Assembly (NCBI GenBank): GCA_964016885.1
Contig: OZ024740.1
Location: 71,238,001 to 71,302,000, forward strand
Direction: 5' to 3'
Length of the DNA stretch: 64,000 nucleotides
From: Eledone cirrhosa
Lineage: Eukaryota
The position numbers and the translations under genes are program-made. Shown here in pieces: positions 62,038 to 64,000 of this stretch. The stretch's first letter is position 1. Each line of letters starts with the position of its first letter. The notes beneath the pieces are model-generated. The model had not been told where the DNA came from and ran no database searches. It saw nothing but the letters and a program-made list of their open reading frames with translations.

Positions 62038-64000
62038 CATAGTTTATTTAATGCCAAAACATCCATTAGGAGAATACAAGCTAGACAAACCAATATAAGA
62101 AAGTTTCTGGAATTAAAAAACAATATTGATTATCTCAATAAAATAAAACGACCAATATTGAAAGAAATTTTTTCATTGGAGGGATTCTTTCAATATAGGG
62201 AAAACATTTACTAAACAAAACTCTGATCAAGCTTTGTATCATTAGAAACCAGATTCTTTATAAAAAGCATTCAAATAATTAAAAACAAAAGACACATACA
62301 TGCACACACATAAACACTTGCACACAAAATATAATTAGAGTCTGTTTCAAAAAGACCTCCCACTAACTGTACACAAACACTTTTTATTATTCTGTCTCCC
62401 CAGGTGATAGATTGGCAGAATTGGTAGAGCAGTTGATAAAATGCCATTGAGGTATTTGTTCTGGCACTTTATATTCTGAGTTCAAATTCTGCGATGGAAA
62501 ACTTATCCTTTCATCCTCCTAGGATCAATAACAAAAAATACCAATCAAATATTGGGGTTGATTTTATCAATTTTCCACTTCACCCAAATTTGTTAACCTT
62601 GTGCCTAAATTAGAACTCTATAGGGAGAGTGAATAGACAATAACAGTAGAGCATTGGACAAAATGTTTTTCAGTATTTAGTTATAACTCTTAAAGTACTG
62701 AGTTAAAATCCTTTGCCTTTCATCTTTCTGAGGTCAATAGAAATAAGGTGCCAGTAAAGTACTGGGTCAATATACTCAACTTTCCATTTCCCCAAATTGC
62801 TGGCCTTGTGCCTAAATTAGAAATCATTATTCTATCTCTTCCTCTCTTTCCTTAATCTAAACTCTTAATGATTATGCCACCCAGGTAGTAGACAATCACA
62901 TCAATTAATAATATACATCACCATCTACAAGTAAGAGAAACTAATGTTTCTAGGTGCAGCTATGATTCACTGAAGTAGCAAGCCAAAGTTGACATTAGCT
63001 TTTGTTGTTGTTGTTTTATTTTCTATGGATACCAGCCACAATGTTTAGACCCAGAAAAATTAGAATGGTTAAGCTAATCAATAAAATCAATAGAAACCAA
63101 TATTGATTATATGAAACAGAACATCGATTTACTTGAGGCTCTGTTCAATCATTGTGTATGGGTCTTAACTTGAAATAAAACACAAATATATATATACATA
63201 TATATTTGTGTCTGTGCATATATAATGCAACTCAAAAGGTTGGGGAACTGTGTGTGTCAGATAATAATGCAAAATTGGCAACAGGTAAAAAAACTTTACA
63301 GTTATTGGCTGTTGAAATGAACATCCACATATGGACATGTTTACATATGGACATGTTTACCTTTCACACACATATATATACATATGTATGTATATATATA
63401 CTTTGGGAGGGTTATGCTGCCAATAAAAACACACGCACTTGTTGGGTTTCACTTCAATTTATTATAAACTCTCAGTCGGATAGTTTGATAAGCAGATGGT
63501 TGTTTAGTTGTTGATTGTTAAAGCTCATTCATCACACATTCTGTGACCTCATCAGTGACTACTTTAGTTGTTATTGTGTCTCCCCTTTTTTTCTGTCCTA
63601 CACCATCTTGTTTATATAAAGGATAAAGGATAAAGATCCCATTACTCCTTGTGGAGTTGTAGAGGCACCGTGAAATGATGCGTCTAGGGCACTTTTAAAC
63701 CTGCTGGGGCCCAACCCTGTCCAGGTCTGAACACGGATGATTTTTCTATAGAGAAAGAATCAACCCCAGTACTGGACTGCTACTTTTTTTATCAACCTCG
63801 AAAGAATGAAAAGCAAATTTGACCCCAGCGGGATTTGAATTCAGAGCGTGCAAAGAGGTGGGACAAATACTGTAAAGCATTCTATCCTATGTCTTAACAA
63901 CTCTGCCAATTTGCCGCCTACGAGGGCATTCTGAGAAGTTCCTGGCTTGAGCGCTACTACAGAGGCCTGGACGAAGGCCCAACCTTCCAAGTTCTTTTTA

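Noticed and set aside
63919-64000. Possible mariner left end (TA-CGAGGGCATTCTGAGAAGTT...)
   Set aside because: The partner TIR would lie outside the window, so it cannot be verified.

Overview
AT-rich, repeat-dense animal genomic DNA. The SINE and RTE families resemble those of octopod cephalopods (inference from memory, not searched). Host genes: (1) a six-coding-exon tektin gene (TEKT3-like, 512 aa when spliced) on the - strand, 47470-61638; (2) the last two exons of an unidentified single-pass membrane protein on the + strand (11539-11696, 12699-12788); (3) one tRNA-Arg(CCT) on the - strand. The rest is mostly transposons: RTE, CR1/L2, CRE-like and Penelope retroelements, two tRNA-derived SINE families, two Helitrons, maT, Tigger, hAT and piggyBac-like elements, and non-autonomous LTR elements with tRNA-Trp primer sites. 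The most unusual structures are a five-layer nest (SINE > Tigger > three same-family foldback elements inserted in one another, each with an 8-bp TSD), a Tigger derivative with an in-frame loss of its catalytic core, an LTR element with an extended tRNA-Trp copy and duplicated primer site, several Penelope/retrozyme-type hammerhead motifs, and a SINE-derived 29x60-bp minisatellite with higher-order structure. All coordinates and alignments were read by eye. No database search or folding was run, and I cannot demonstrate a wholly new system from the sequence alone.
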